From an uncultured Gammaproteobacteria bacterium (lineage in GTDB: Bacteria > Actinomycetota > Acidimicrobiia > Spongiisociales > SHLN01), in assembly GCA_964195905.1 (NCBI GenBank), contig CAXMQV010000013.1, forward strand, positions 3,482 to 67,481: a stretch of 64,000 bases of DNA, in the 5' to 3' direction. Of this stretch, positions 8,350 through 18,405 are shown in pieces. The translations under genes and the position numbers were made by a program. The notes below the pieces were generated by a model. It searched no databases. It had not been told where the DNA came from and worked only from the letters and a program-made list of their open reading frames with translations. Every line of letters begins with the position of its first letter. The first letter of the stretch is position 1.

Positions 8350-10473
8350 TCAGGCTTCCTGACGGGCCTGTGCCAATGGGAAGTAGGCCTGGTTGGCGTA
8401 ATCCATGAGCATGCGATGGGTCGAGAATTCGAACACCGAGCTGACGATGGCCTCTTTCATCATCTTCACCCAGCCCTTCGGGACCCCATCACCGTCGCGG
8501 TCATAGAACAACGGAACGACCTCGTTCTCGAATAGCTCGTAGAGGCTGGCGGCATCGGCATCGTCGCCATGCGCCTCGAGTCCATCGGGCCCGAAGGTCC
8601 AGCCGTTCTGGCCATTGACGGCGGCCTCGGCCCACCATCCATCTGGCACGCTCAGATTGAGCCCGCCGTTGAGGGCCGACTTCATACCGGAGGTTCCACT
8701 CGCCTCCTTGGGAGGCACCGGGTTGTTGAGCCACACATCGCAGCCTCCGGTCAGGAGCCGGCCGACGGTCATGTCGTAATCCTCAACGAAGAACAGGTGG
8801 CCCCGGAACTCGGGCCGCTGCGATAGCTCAACGACCCGCCGGATCAGATCCTGTCCGCCGGTATCGGCCGGATGGGCCTTGCCCGCGAACACGAACTGGA
8901 CCGGGCGTTCTGGATTGGTCATGATCGCCTGCAAGCGCGGGAGATCCTGCAGCAATAGGGTGGCCCGCTTGTAGGTGGCGAACCGGCGGGCGAACCCGAT
9001 AGTGAGCCGGTCGGGGGGAAGCATCCCGCGCACCTCCCGGAGAACGTCGGGGCTGGCGCCGTGGCGGCTGAACTCGGACCGGAGCCGGCGTCGCACCTGT
9101 CGGGTCATGGCGTTCTTCTGAGCCAAATGGGCATGCCACAGCTCGTCGTCGGGAACCTCGCGAATCGCCTCCCACGGCTCTTGGCTCGTCAATTTCGACG
9201 GCCAGTCGGTGCCGAGGGCATCGGTGAAGACTCGGCCGACGGAGTGGCCGACCCAGGTCGGCACATGGACTCCGTTCGTCACGCCGGCGGCGGGGCCGCC
9301 GATGAGGTGACTCCACTGCTGGGTGGCGACCTCTCCGTGCCTTTTGCTCACCCCGTTTACGAAGGACGCGAACCGGATGGCGAGCGCTCCCATGTCGAAC
9401 GAGCCGTCATCGTGCTCGTTGGTGCGTCCCAACCGGGCGACGTGGGCGGCGTCAATCTCGGGGAAGAGATAATCGGTGTATCGGAGGACGGCGCTGAGGT
9501 CGAAGCGTTCGTTGCCGGCCGGCACCGGAGTGTGGAGGGTGAACAGTGTCTTGGTCCTCACCTGGCGCTGGGCCTCGTCAAACGAAATACCTTCACGAAT
9601 TCGTCTGGCGGTTCGCTCCAGGACGCTGAAGGCAGCGTGGCCTTCGTTCACGTGCCAGGCGCCGGGATTGATGCCCAGTTTGCGTAACACCTTGACGGCT
9701 CCGATTCCGAGCACGAGTTCCTGAGCGAGGCGCATATCCCGGCCTCGCACGTAGAGATGATGGGTAATCGTGCGATCGGCCGGGTCATTCTCGGGGACAT
9801 CGGTGTCGAGCAGGATGAGGGGAACCCGACCCACTTGCACCTTCCAGGCTGCTGCCATGACACTGCGGCCGGGGAAGTCGAGCTCGACCTGAAGCTGAGA
9901 TCCGCCCCGGCCCGTTATCGGGTGAATCGGGCGCCGCGAGAGATCGAGAGCCGGGTAGTAGTGCTGCTGGCCGCCGCCGGGATCGACCGCCTGGCGGAAG
10001 TACCCCCGCCGGAAGAGGAGACCAACCGCCACCATCGGAATGCCGAGGTCTGAGGCGGTCTTGAGGTGATCGCCCGCCAGGACGCCAAGGCCGCCCGAGT
10101 AGAAGGGGAGCTTGGTCTGAAGGCCGTACTCGGTGCACAGGTAGGCGACCGGTCCGGCCATGCGCTCGCCTTCCTTGGCTGCCCAGGTGTCGTCGGAGGC
10201 CATGTAGGCGTCGAAGCGCCGGACCACATTGTCGTACGACTCGAGGAAGCGAGCGTCGGCGCTCAGCGATTCCCAGGTGGACGGCTCGACTCCTTGCAGG
10301 AACGAGATGGGATTTTGGACATCGTGCCAGCGCTGGGCGTCGATGCGAGACCACAATTCGCTTGCCTCATCGTCCCATGCCCACCAGATGTTGTTGGCGA
10401 GGTCATAGAGGCGATCGAATTCTTCCGGCAGCGCGATTTGCGCGCCGGGAATATCCGGAATTTCAACAAGCAT
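8350..10473 (-). CDS. glgP: Alpha-glucan (glycogen) phosphorylase
   Basis: YSGGLGVLAGDHLK, NEGH, FARRFATYKR, EASGTSGMK (PLP lysine). Confidence 0.96.
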   Translation of the reverse strand: MLVEIPDIPGAQIALPEEFDRLYDLANNIWWAWDDEASELWSRIDAQRWHDVQNPISFLQGVEPSTWESLSADARFLESYDNVVRRFDAYMASDDTWAAKEGERMAGPVAYLCTEYGLQTKLPFYSGGLGVLAGDHLKTASDLGIPMVAVGLLFRRGYFRQAVDPGGGQQHYYPALDLSRRPIHPITGRGGSQLQVELDFPGRSVMAAAWKVQVGRVPLILLDTDVPENDPADRTITHHLYVRGRDMRLAQELVLGIGAVKVLRKLGINPGAWHVNEGHAAFSVLERTARRIREGISFDEAQRQVRTKTLFTLHTPVPAGNERFDLSAVLRYTDYLFPEIDAAHVARLGRTNEHDDGSFDMGALAIRFASFVNGVSKRHGEVATQQWSHLIGGPAAGVTNGVHVPTWVGHSVGRVFTDALGTDWPSKLTSQEPWEAIREVPDDELWHAHLAQKNAMTRQVRRRLRSEFSRHGASPDVLREVRGMLPPDRLTIGFARRFATYKRATLLLQDLPRLQAIMTNPERPVQFVFAGKAHPADTGGQDLIRRVVELSQRPEFRGHLFFVEDYDMTVGRLLTGGCDVWLNNPVPPKEASGTSGMKSALNGGLNLSVPDGWWAEAAVNGQNGWTFGPDGLEAHGDDADAASLYELFENEVVPLFYDRDGDGVPKGWVKMMKEAIVSSVFEFSTHRMLMDYANQAYFPLAQARQEA

Positions 10474-10594
10474 TTGAAAAACCTCGGTAGAAGCAACTAG
10501 CGACTTTAGGGCCGCGTCCGCCCTGACACGAGTTGATCTCTACAATCCGCCGCCGAGTCCGTAACCCGTTGCCGTCCCAGGGAGTCAGAAGCCC

Positions 10595-11527
10595 GTGACA
10601 TACGCCATCCTTTTCCCCGGCCAGGGGATCCAGCACGTCGGCATGGGCGCCGATCTTTTCGAGAAGCATCCAGATCTGCTCGGATCATTTGCCGACGACA
10701 TCCTTGGGTGGTCGCTCCGCGACGTTTGTCTGAACGGTCCCGAAGATGTCCTCACGAGGACCGATCATCTCCAGCCAGCCCTGTTCGCTCTCTCGTTCGT
10801 GTTGTGGGAGGAGCTCGCGCCCCATGTGACGGAGCTTCCCGTCGCCGCGGCCGGCCACTCCCTCGGCGAGTACACCGCGCGGGCCGCCGCCGGTGCCTTC
10901 GACTTCGCCACCGGGCTCAGATTGGTGGCTGCGAGGGGACGTGCCATGGCCGATGCCGCCGCCCGCGACACCAGCGGGATGGTGGCAATCCTCGGGATTG
11001 AGGACTCCCAAGCCGAGGCGGCGGCCAGGACTCGCCGGGCAGACGGCGGCAGTCTGTGGGTTGCGAACTTCAATGGACCCGGGCAAGTGGTCCTGGCGGG
11101 TGGGACGCACGATCTCGAGTGGATCACGGCTCGCGCCGCCGACTTTGGTGGCCGCCGGGTCATTCCCCTCAAGGTCGCCGGAGCCTTCCACTCTCCGTTC
11201 ATGGATACCGCCGTCGGCCCACTCGCCCAAGCGCTTGACAAGATAGAGCTCGGCGAGCTCTCGATTCCAGTGTGGACGAATCTCACCGCGACCCCTGTCG
11301 AGGATCATCGAACCGCTCTGTTGCAGCAGCTAGTCGCTCCTGTGCGATTCACCCAGACGCTGGCCGGGATGGGGGAGGCGGGCGTACGCTTGTTCCTCCA
11401 CATCGGGCCCGGCAATATCACCGCCACGATGGCAAAGCGAACCGTGCCCGACAGCGACGTCCACCACTTCAGTCACGTCGCGGACGTGGAAGAAGCGGCG
11501 CAGCGGGTCGGTTCACTCATACAATGA
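10595..11527 (+). CDS. fabD: Malonyl-CoA:ACP transacylase
   Basis: FPGQG, GHSLGEY, GAFHS. Confidence 0.95.
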   Translation: MTYAILFPGQGIQHVGMGADLFEKHPDLLGSFADDILGWSLRDVCLNGPEDVLTRTDHLQPALFALSFVLWEELAPHVTELPVAAAGHSLGEYTARAAAGAFDFATGLRLVAARGRAMADAAARDTSGMVAILGIEDSQAEAAARTRRADGGSLWVANFNGPGQVVLAGGTHDLEWITARAADFGGRRVIPLKVAGAFHSPFMDTAVGPLAQALDKIELGELSIPVWTNLTATPVEDHRTALLQQLVAPVRFTQTLAGMGEAGVRLFLHIGPGNITATMAKRTVPDSDVHHFSHVADVEEAAQRVGSLIQ

Positions 11528-11543
11528 CGCCGGGGAGGATGTC

Positions 11544-12632
11544 GTGACCAATTCGTCTATCACCGGCTGGGGTAAGTGTTTGCCGCAAACGGTGCTCACC
11601 AATCATGATCTCGAACGTCTCGTCGACACCAACGACGATTGGATCACCTCGCGCACCGGGATCAAGGAACGCCGCATCAGCCATGTCGGAACCTCCGAGC
11701 TCGCCACCCTGGCCGGCAAGCGGGCGCTGGCCGCGGCCGGCATCGAAGCCACCGAGATTGATCTCGTCAACGTGGCGACCTGCACGCCAGACACGCTGAT
11801 CCCCTCAGCAGCGTCACTGGTCCAGAACAACCTCGGAGCCACCAATGCCGGGGCTATCGATCAGAACGCTGCCTGTTCAGGGTTCCTGTACAGCTTCATC
11901 ATGACGTGCGGCCTGGTGGAAGCGGGCGTGATCAAGACAGGGCTGGTCATCGGGGCCGAGCGCCTGACCTACTTCATCGATTTCACCGATCGCGGCACCG
12001 CCGTCCTCTTTGGTGATGGGGCCGGAGCCGTGGTGGTCCAGGCCACCGACGAGCCGGGCGGGCTTAAGGGTTCGGAGATGGGCTCGGACGGATCGGTGGC
12101 CGACATTCTCTGGGCCCCTGGCAGTGGAACCGCCACCAACCGGGTCGAATTGGAGAGCAACCACAAGCATATGGCCGTTTCCATGAATGGGCCCGAAGTA
12201 TTCAAACGGGCCGTGAAAGCCATGGGCGACGCCTCAACGAGAGTCGTCGAGCAGGCCGGGTGGGCCCTCGACGACGTCGACATTCTCATTCCCCACCAGG
12301 CCAACACTCGAATCATTGACGCCACCGCCCGCCGCCTCCAACTCGACTCGGCCAAAGTGTTCGTGAACATCGCGTCCTATGGCAACACGTCGGCTGCCAC
12401 CATTCCCATCGCCCTGACCGAAGCTCTCGAAGCGGGCCGGATCGACCCCGGCGGCAAGATCGTGTTTGCGGCGTTCGGAGGCGGCCTCAGCTGGGCTGCC
12501 GCCGCCTTCGAGTTCGGGTCGCGGGTCGAGCCGATCGGAGAAATCGACGATGAGCTCCCCCCGACCGACGGCGACGTTATGGCGCTCCTGGCCGAGAACT
12601 TCGCCTATTTCGGAGGAGGCCCGGCCCGATGA
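11544..12632 (+). CDS. fabH: Beta-ketoacyl-ACP synthase III
   Basis: AACSGF, PHQAN, GNTSAA catalytic triad. Confidence 0.96.
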   Translation: MTNSSITGWGKCLPQTVLTNHDLERLVDTNDDWITSRTGIKERRISHVGTSELATLAGKRALAAAGIEATEIDLVNVATCTPDTLIPSAASLVQNNLGATNAGAIDQNAACSGFLYSFIMTCGLVEAGVIKTGLVIGAERLTYFIDFTDRGTAVLFGDGAGAVVVQATDEPGGLKGSEMGSDGSVADILWAPGSGTATNRVELESNHKHMAVSMNGPEVFKRAVKAMGDASTRVVEQAGWALDDVDILIPHQANTRIIDATARRLQLDSAKVFVNIASYGNTSAATIPIALTEALEAGRIDPGGKIVFAAFGGGLSWAAAAFEFGSRVEPIGEIDDELPPTDGDVMALLAENFAYFGGGPAR

Positions 12633-13366
12633 CTTCTCGCGTTGCCCTCGTCACCGGTGCCTCCCGCGGCATCGGAAGCGCAGCCGCGGTTCGGCTCGCC
12701 GCAGACGGTCATCGGGTGGCCGTCAACTACGTCCGGTCTCGCGATGAGGCCGAGGCCGTGGTGGAGCTCATCGTGGCGGGCGGGGGGCAAGCCGTTGCCA
12801 TCGGTGCCGACGTCGGGACCGAGGACGGAGTGACCGAGTTGTTCGCCGCCGTCGACTCTGCGTTCGGTCCGGTTGAGATCCTCGTCAACAATGCCGGCGC
12901 GGTTCGGGACAACCTATTGCTTCGCATGAGCGCCGACGATTGGGACGATGTCCTCGCCGTGAACCTCCGATCGGTGTTTCTCTGCACGAAGGCGGGCCTG
13001 CGAGGGATGCTGAAGGCACGCTGGGGTCGGGTGATTTCCATGACGTCGGTGTCGGGATTGTCCGGCAACCCGGGGCAGGCCAACTACGCCGCAGCCAAGG
13101 CGGGGATCATTGGTTTCACGAAATCGGTCGCCAAGGAGGTCGGGTCCCGCGGCATCACGGTGAACGCCGTTGCCCCTGGTTTCATCGAAACCGACATGAC
13201 CGATGGGATCGACGAGGCCGGCCGTGAGCTGGTGAAGGGACAGATAAGTCTGGGGCGTTTCGGCACCCCGGACGAGATTTCCGCCGCGGTTGGCTATCTT
13301 GCCTCCGAGCAGGCGGCATACGTAACCGGACAGGTACTGGTCGTCGATGGCGGCCTGGCGATTTAG
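12629..13366 (+). CDS. fabG: 3-oxoacyl-ACP reductase
   Basis: TGASRGIG, NNAG, NYAAAK. Confidence 0.95.
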   Translation: MTSRVALVTGASRGIGSAAAVRLAADGHRVAVNYVRSRDEAEAVVELIVAGGGQAVAIGADVGTEDGVTELFAAVDSAFGPVEILVNNAGAVRDNLLLRMSADDWDDVLAVNLRSVFLCTKAGLRGMLKARWGRVISMTSVSGLSGNPGQANYAAAKAGIIGFTKSVAKEVGSRGITVNAVAPGFIETDMTDGIDEAGRELVKGQISLGRFGTPDEISAAVGYLASEQAAYVTGQVLVVDGGLAI

Positions 13367-13378
13367 GAGGAGACATCC

Positions 13379-13624
13379 GTGGACCGTGCAGAAGTAGAGA
13401 AGAAGCTCACCGGCCTTTTGGTCGACGAGTTGGGCGTTGAGGCCGATCGCATCACGATGGAAGCGAGCTTCGAGGAAGACCTCGAGATCGATTCGCTTGG
13501 TGTCGTCGAGCTGCTGATGGCGCTCGAGGATAATTTCGACGTCAAGATCCCCGATGAAGAAGCTGAGAAGATCGGCAACGTCGGGCAGGCCGTCGACCTG
13601 GTGATTTCCAAGCTCGCGGGCTGA
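13379..13624 (+). CDS. acpP: Acyl carrier protein
   Basis: DLEIDSLGVVEL phosphopantetheine site; AGGAGG RBS. Confidence 0.96.
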   Translation: MDRAEVEKKLTGLLVDELGVEADRITMEASFEEDLEIDSLGVVELLMALEDNFDVKIPDEEAEKIGNVGQAVDLVISKLAG

Positions 13625-13625
13625 C

Positions 13626-14876
13626 ATGACAGAGCGACGGGTTGTCGTCACCGGTCTCGGGACCGTGAATCCGATCGGCCGTGACGTTGATAGCTTCTGG
13701 AAGAACGTCCTGGGCGGTGTCTCCGGCGTCGGCCGGATCAGCGCGTTCGACGCATCGCACCTGAAAGTGTCGATCGCCGCCGAAGTCCCCGACTTTGATC
13801 CCGAGGACTATCTGGAGCGCAAGGATGCCAGGCGGATGGACCGCTATTCACAGTTCTTCTGGGCGGCCACCTCGCAGGCGATGGCCGACAGCGGCCTCGA
13901 TCTCACCGACGATGAGGAGACCGCCACCCGGGCTGGTGTCGCGGTTGGATCTGGCATCGGCGGCGTGATCTCCTTCCAGGAGCAGCTCGACGTGATGCGT
14001 GATCGGGGTGCCGATCGCATCAGCCCGTTTGCGATCCCCATGATCATCTCGAACATGGCCGCCGGTCTGGCCTCGATCTCGTTCAACCTATTGGGACCGA
14101 ACACTGCGGCCGTTACTGCCTGTGCGGCGTCGGCCAATGCCCTCGGCGACGCGGCCTCCGTCATCCGGCGCGGCGACGCAGACATCATGGTGGCGGGTGG
14201 GGCCGAAGCGCCGATTTGTGAGTTCGCGGTCGGTGGATTCGCCAATACGAGGGCGCTCAGTCTCCGCAACGATGATCCGGCCGGTGCCTCGCGCCCGTTC
14301 GACGCCGGCCGGGACGGCTTCGTCATGGCAGAGGGAGCCGCCGTGCTGGTGCTCGAAGAACGGGAACGGGCGATTGGCCGGGGAGCCAATATTTACGGCG
14401 AGCTCACCGGCTACGGCATGTCGGCGGATGCTTATCACATGACGCTGCCCCGCCCGGGAGGTATGGGTGCGGCCAGGGCGATGCAGGCGGCCATTGACGA
14501 TGCCGGGCTTGCCCCCGTCGGAATCGACTACATCAATGCCCACGGCACTTCGACGGCGGCAAATGACGCCACCGAGACCGCCGCCATCAAGCTGGTATTC
14601 GGCGAAGAAGATGCCAGGCGAGTGCCGATTTCGTCGACGAAGTCAATGACCGGGCATCTTCTCGGTGGCGCAGGAGCCCTCGAGTCCGTCGTCTGTCTGC
14701 TGGCGATTCGCGACGGAGTCCTGCCTCCCACCATCAACTATGAAACCCCCGATCCCGACTGCGATCTGGACTACATCCCCAATGAGGCCCGGTCGGTCAC
14801 CGTTGACACGGCGATGACCAATTCGTTCGGTTTCGGCGGTCACAACGTCGCCCTCGTCTACTCCCGACACGATTAG
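13626..14876 (+). CDS. fabF: Beta-ketoacyl-ACP synthase II
   Basis: TACAA, AHGTST, GHLLGG, NSFGFGG. Confidence 0.96.
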   Translation: MTERRVVVTGLGTVNPIGRDVDSFWKNVLGGVSGVGRISAFDASHLKVSIAAEVPDFDPEDYLERKDARRMDRYSQFFWAATSQAMADSGLDLTDDEETATRAGVAVGSGIGGVISFQEQLDVMRDRGADRISPFAIPMIISNMAAGLASISFNLLGPNTAAVTACAASANALGDAASVIRRGDADIMVAGGAEAPICEFAVGGFANTRALSLRNDDPAGASRPFDAGRDGFVMAEGAAVLVLEERERAIGRGANIYGELTGYGMSADAYHMTLPRPGGMGAARAMQAAIDDAGLAPVGIDYINAHGTSTAANDATETAAIKLVFGEEDARRVPISSTKSMTGHLLGGAGALESVVCLLAIRDGVLPPTINYETPDPDCDLDYIPNEARSVTVDTAMTNSFGFGGHNVALVYSRHD

Positions 14877-14894
14877 GGCGCCGGTAGTTCAATC

Positions 14895-15533
14895 ATGACG
14901 GTCTTTCTGGTTCGCCACGGTGAGGTTGAGAATCCCGACCGGGTCGTGTACGCCGATCTTGCCGGGTTCGGTCTCAGCGAGCGGGGGAGGGCCGAAGCGG
15001 CGGCCGCCGCCGAGTTCCTCGGCCCGCTGTTGCTCAGTGCGATCTATGCCTCTCCGCTCGATCGGGCCCAGGAGACGGCCTCCTTCATCTCGGCCGCGGC
15101 AGGCATTCCCGTGAAGACCCGCGACGACCTGACCGAATGGCTGGTTGCCCGGAGGTGGAAAGGCGTGAGGTGGGAGGACCTTCCGGCCGTCTTTCCCGGT
15201 GAACTGGAGGCCTATCTCGATCACCCGACCGACCTTCCGTTCGCCGAGGAGTCCATTCCCCAGCTCGGCAATCGGATCGCCGCCGCGGTCATCGATCTCG
15301 CCTCGGCCCATCCCGACCAGCGAATCGCAGTCGTGAGTCACCAGGATCCGATTCAGGCGGGGCGCCTGACACTGCGGGGCCTGCCCCTCGAGGAGCTCCA
15401 CCTCAACCGGCCCGGTCACTGCGACGTACTCACTCTCGAGCCCGGCGAACCTTGGAGCGAAATTGGTCACTGGGTGCCCGAAATTGGAGGACCGCCCCCG
15501 CCCGAATGGCCCCCCGTTGGCGATGCCGGCTAG
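14895..15533 (+). CDS. Histidine phosphatase family protein
   Basis: LVRHGE, SPLDRAQET, VVSHQ. Confidence 0.9.
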   Translation: MTVFLVRHGEVENPDRVVYADLAGFGLSERGRAEAAAAAEFLGPLLLSAIYASPLDRAQETASFISAAAGIPVKTRDDLTEWLVARRWKGVRWEDLPAVFPGELEAYLDHPTDLPFAEESIPQLGNRIAAAVIDLASAHPDQRIAVVSHQDPIQAGRLTLRGLPLEELHLNRPGHCDVLTLEPGEPWSEIGHWVPEIGGPPPPEWPPVGDAG

Positions 15534-15578
15534 GCAGTCGAAAGGCGCCCCGGCCGTAGCTGCACCATAATCTCGGCC

Positions 15579-16331
15579 ATGGGTTTCGTTGCTTCTGCCT
15601 CCGTGTTGCTCGCCGGTTTCGTGTGGAGCCTGCGTTTGATCAATTCCCCGGCTCCATTGGCGGGAGGTTCCGGAGCGTTGCTGGGCCTTTCGGTAGTCAT
15701 GGCTTCGGCGGTGGCAGCACTCGGGCTCGTGCTGGCGCGAGGACGCTGGGGGCGCCGTCTGGCCGCCGGCCTGCTGGCGGCCCAGGTCGCGCTGGCGGTC
15801 GTAATGGATCTCGAAGGGTGGGGGATCATCGCCCTGGCCGCGACGGCGGTGTCGATGCTTCTCGTGGCCGGACCGTGGCTCGACCGTTTCCTTCGCCGCC
15901 TCCCCCCGGCCGAGCCAATCCCGTCGCCGGCGATGGTGCTCGGCCTCGGCCTCGTCCTCGTGCCGGGGATTCTCGCCGTGTCGTCGCCCGGCGGCGTCGA
16001 GGAGATCCACTGGGTAGTAGCGCTGGTTTCCCTCGCCACTGCGTGGGCCTTCGCCCGGGCGCTTCGTATTGGCCTGTGGAGCGCCCGCCTCATCGTTCCG
16101 GCACTGCTGGTTGCGGCCGGGTTTGCCTCAACGGTCGTTGGGACCGTCGTGGCCCTTGCCATGGCGCTGCTGGTCGCCGGTCTCGCCTGGTCCCCGCCCG
16201 TTGACCGTTCGGTCACCCCGTTGCTGGCAAGGGCTCCCGGCGTGGCGATCCCGCCGCAGCTCGTTTCCCCCGATCTGCTGGCCGAGGCCGGATATGACGA
16301 CCGGGGCCGGCCCCTCCCGCCGAAGCGATAG
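15579..16331 (+). CDS. Multi-pass membrane protein of unknown function
   Basis: About 7-8 hydrophobic segments; CATAAT 7 nt before the ATG. Confidence 0.75.
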   Translation: MGFVASASVLLAGFVWSLRLINSPAPLAGGSGALLGLSVVMASAVAALGLVLARGRWGRRLAAGLLAAQVALAVVMDLEGWGIIALAATAVSMLLVAGPWLDRFLRRLPPAEPIPSPAMVLGLGLVLVPGILAVSSPGGVEEIHWVVALVSLATAWAFARALRIGLWSARLIVPALLVAAGFASTVVGTVVALAMALLVAGLAWSPPVDRSVTPLLARAPGVAIPPQLVSPDLLAEAGYDDRGRPLPPKR

Positions 16332-16355
16332 CCTCGTGGTTTCTCCCGGATCGCT

Positions 16356-16652
16356 ATGACTCAATCCCCACCAGCTTCAACCCGTCGTCTCCCGAATCCG
16401 TGGGTGGCCGTTCCCGTACTCGTCGCCGCCGCTGTCGGATGGTTCGTCGGAAGCAGTGTCGCCCGCGTGTCGTGCCGTCCGGACGGCTGCACGGGGCAAG
16501 AGATTCTGTGGGGAACGGTGGCTGCCCTCGTCGGGGCGGTCGGGGTGCTCGTCCTGGCCGTGCTTGTCGTCCGGTCACTGGCCGAGTGGGCGGCGCTCTC
16601 TGCCAAGGAGAAGCAGGAAAGGGCAGACAACAAAGAGCCACCCCGGTGTTGA
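16356..16652 (+). CDS. Small two-TM membrane protein with a CRPDGC loop
   Basis: Two hydrophobic helices flank the Cys pair; collinear with neighbours. Confidence 0.7.
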   Translation: MTQSPPASTRRLPNPWVAVPVLVAAAVGWFVGSSVARVSCRPDGCTGQEILWGTVAALVGAVGVLVLAVLVVRSLAEWAALSAKEKQERADNKEPPRC

Positions 16653-16688
16653 TCGGACCGGGGTGAGCCACCAGCTACGGTGAGCACC

Positions 16689-17873
16689 ATGGTGGAATCG
16701 CAGCCCTTCGCCGAGCCCATTCTTCATGTCGACATGGACGCCTTCTTCGTCGAGGTGGAGCGGCTCTCCGACACGACTCTGATCGGTGTTCCCGTGGTGG
16801 TTGGCGGGCTTGGCAACCGGGGCGTGGTGGCAGCCGCCAGCTACGAGGCGCGGCGGTACGGGGTCCATTCGGCGATGCCGGTCGGTATGGCGCGCCGTCT
16901 CTGCCCCCGGGCCCGATTCCTCCCACCCGACCAGCGCCGCTATCGGGAGGTGTCAGAAGGCGTCTTTGATGTCTTCCGGTCATTCACGCCCCTGGTGGAG
17001 GGACTGTCGGTCGATGAGGCGTTCCTCGATGTCGCCGGCCTGCGGCTTCACTATCCGAGCTCCTCAGAGGTGGGGCAGAGTATTCGAGCCACCCTCCGGG
17101 ACGGGTTAGGCCTGCCTGCTTCGGTCGGTGTCGCCACGAACAAGTTCCTCGCCAAGCTGGCGTCGGAGGGTGCCAAGCCGGACGGCCTTCTGCGTATCGA
17201 CGCCGGGTCCGAGCTCGAGTTCCTGCATCCCCTGCCGGTGCGCCGATTGTGGGGTGTCGGGGAAGCGACCCTTGCGGCTCTCGACGGGCTCGGTGTTGCC
17301 ACCATCGGCGAGCTCGCCTCCATCCCTCTCGACTCCCTCGAGCGGCGGCTCGGAGCCTCGCTCGGGCGGCATCTTCATCTATTGGCTGAGGGCCGAGACG
17401 ACCGGACCGTCAACCCCGATGGCGAGACCAAGTCGATCTCGGTCGAGGAGACCTTCGAGCGCGATGTGTCCGATATCGACTACATAGAGACCGAGCTGCT
17501 CCGTCAGACCGAACGGGTCGGGTCACGGTTGCGGCGGGCCGGTCTGGCCGGTCGCACCGTCACGCTCAAGGTCCGGTATCCGGATTTCACAACCCTCACG
17601 AGGAGTCAGTCGCTCGACTCCGCCATCGATGTCTCGCACGATCTGTTCGGCGTGGTCCAGGAGCTCGTCGGACGGGTCGATCTCGGCCGCCCGGTTCGGC
17701 TTCTCGGGGTCGGCGTCAGCTCACTCGAGCCGGCGGGGGCCCCCCACCAACTCGGTCTCGATCGACCGGCCATCTGGGACGATGTCAGCACCGCCGTCGA
17801 CGCTATCCGATCTCGATTCGGAGAGGAAGCCGTATCGCCCGCTCGCCTCGTCCCACCTCCCGAGCCCCGATGA
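16689..17873 (+). CDS. dinB: DNA polymerase IV
   Basis: HVDMDAFF, SYEARRYGVHSAMP, SVDEAFLD, KFLAKLAS; ATG 16689 lies 7 nt after TACGGT (alternative start GTG 16680). Confidence 0.95.
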   Translation: MVESQPFAEPILHVDMDAFFVEVERLSDTTLIGVPVVVGGLGNRGVVAAASYEARRYGVHSAMPVGMARRLCPRARFLPPDQRRYREVSEGVFDVFRSFTPLVEGLSVDEAFLDVAGLRLHYPSSSEVGQSIRATLRDGLGLPASVGVATNKFLAKLASEGAKPDGLLRIDAGSELEFLHPLPVRRLWGVGEATLAALDGLGVATIGELASIPLDSLERRLGASLGRHLHLLAEGRDDRTVNPDGETKSISVEETFERDVSDIDYIETELLRQTERVGSRLRRAGLAGRTVTLKVRYPDFTTLTRSQSLDSAIDVSHDLFGVVQELVGRVDLGRPVRLLGVGVSSLEPAGAPHQLGLDRPAIWDDVSTAVDAIRSRFGEEAVSPARLVPPPEPR

Positions 17874-17967
17874 CCTTCAGGAATGTCCACGAGGAGCCGA
17901 GGGTTGGAAATATCGTGTACCGGTATACTGCAGCAACCAATCCGGGATTGGGCCACAGGGAGTAGCC

Positions 17968-18306
17968 GTGCCGCTCAACGACAAAGAACAGAAGATCCTC
18001 GACGAGATCGAGCGTCAATTTCTGCAGGACGATCCGAAGCTCGCCAGGGCAGTTCGGACCGCTGATGCCGGCGACGCGTTTCGTCGGTCCGCTCAATTGA
18101 GCGCGGCGGGCTTCATTCTCGGCCTCGCTCTCATGCTCATCTTCTTTACGAGCAACACGCTTGTTGCCATGATCGGTTTCGTCATGATGGTGGCGGCGGC
18201 CTCAGTATTCGTCGTCGGCATCCGGCGTCGAACCATGGGTCCGAGCACCGGCAGTCTCGGGATGGATGCCTGGGCCGACCGGCTCCGATCCAAGTGGCGG
18301 CGCTAG
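17968..18306 (+). CDS. DUF3040 membrane protein
   Basis: MPLNDKEQKILDEIERQFLQDDPKLA followed by two TM; GGGAG RBS before GTG. Confidence 0.9.
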   Translation: MPLNDKEQKILDEIERQFLQDDPKLARAVRTADAGDAFRRSAQLSAAGFILGLALMLIFFTSNTLVAMIGFVMMVAAASVFVVGIRRRTMGPSTGSLGMDAWADRLRSKWRR

Positions 18307-18405
18307 CCCGCGGGTAGCTAGAGTGAGGCTCTCGCATCGGCGAGAGAAGAAGCGGGCAGGCGATGGTCTCTCGCACGAATTTCGGGCACACGCGGAGGGT
18401 ACGGG

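Noticed and set aside
10595-14876. Type II polyketide cluster
   Set aside because: One KS with an intact C-H-H triad, no chain-length factor or tailoring genes; ordinary FAS-II.
16639-16688. LexA/SOS box before dinB
   Set aside because: No CGAAC-N4-GTTCG is visible; only a 9-bp GC hairpin (CACCCCGGT/ACCGGGGTG) at the upstream stop.
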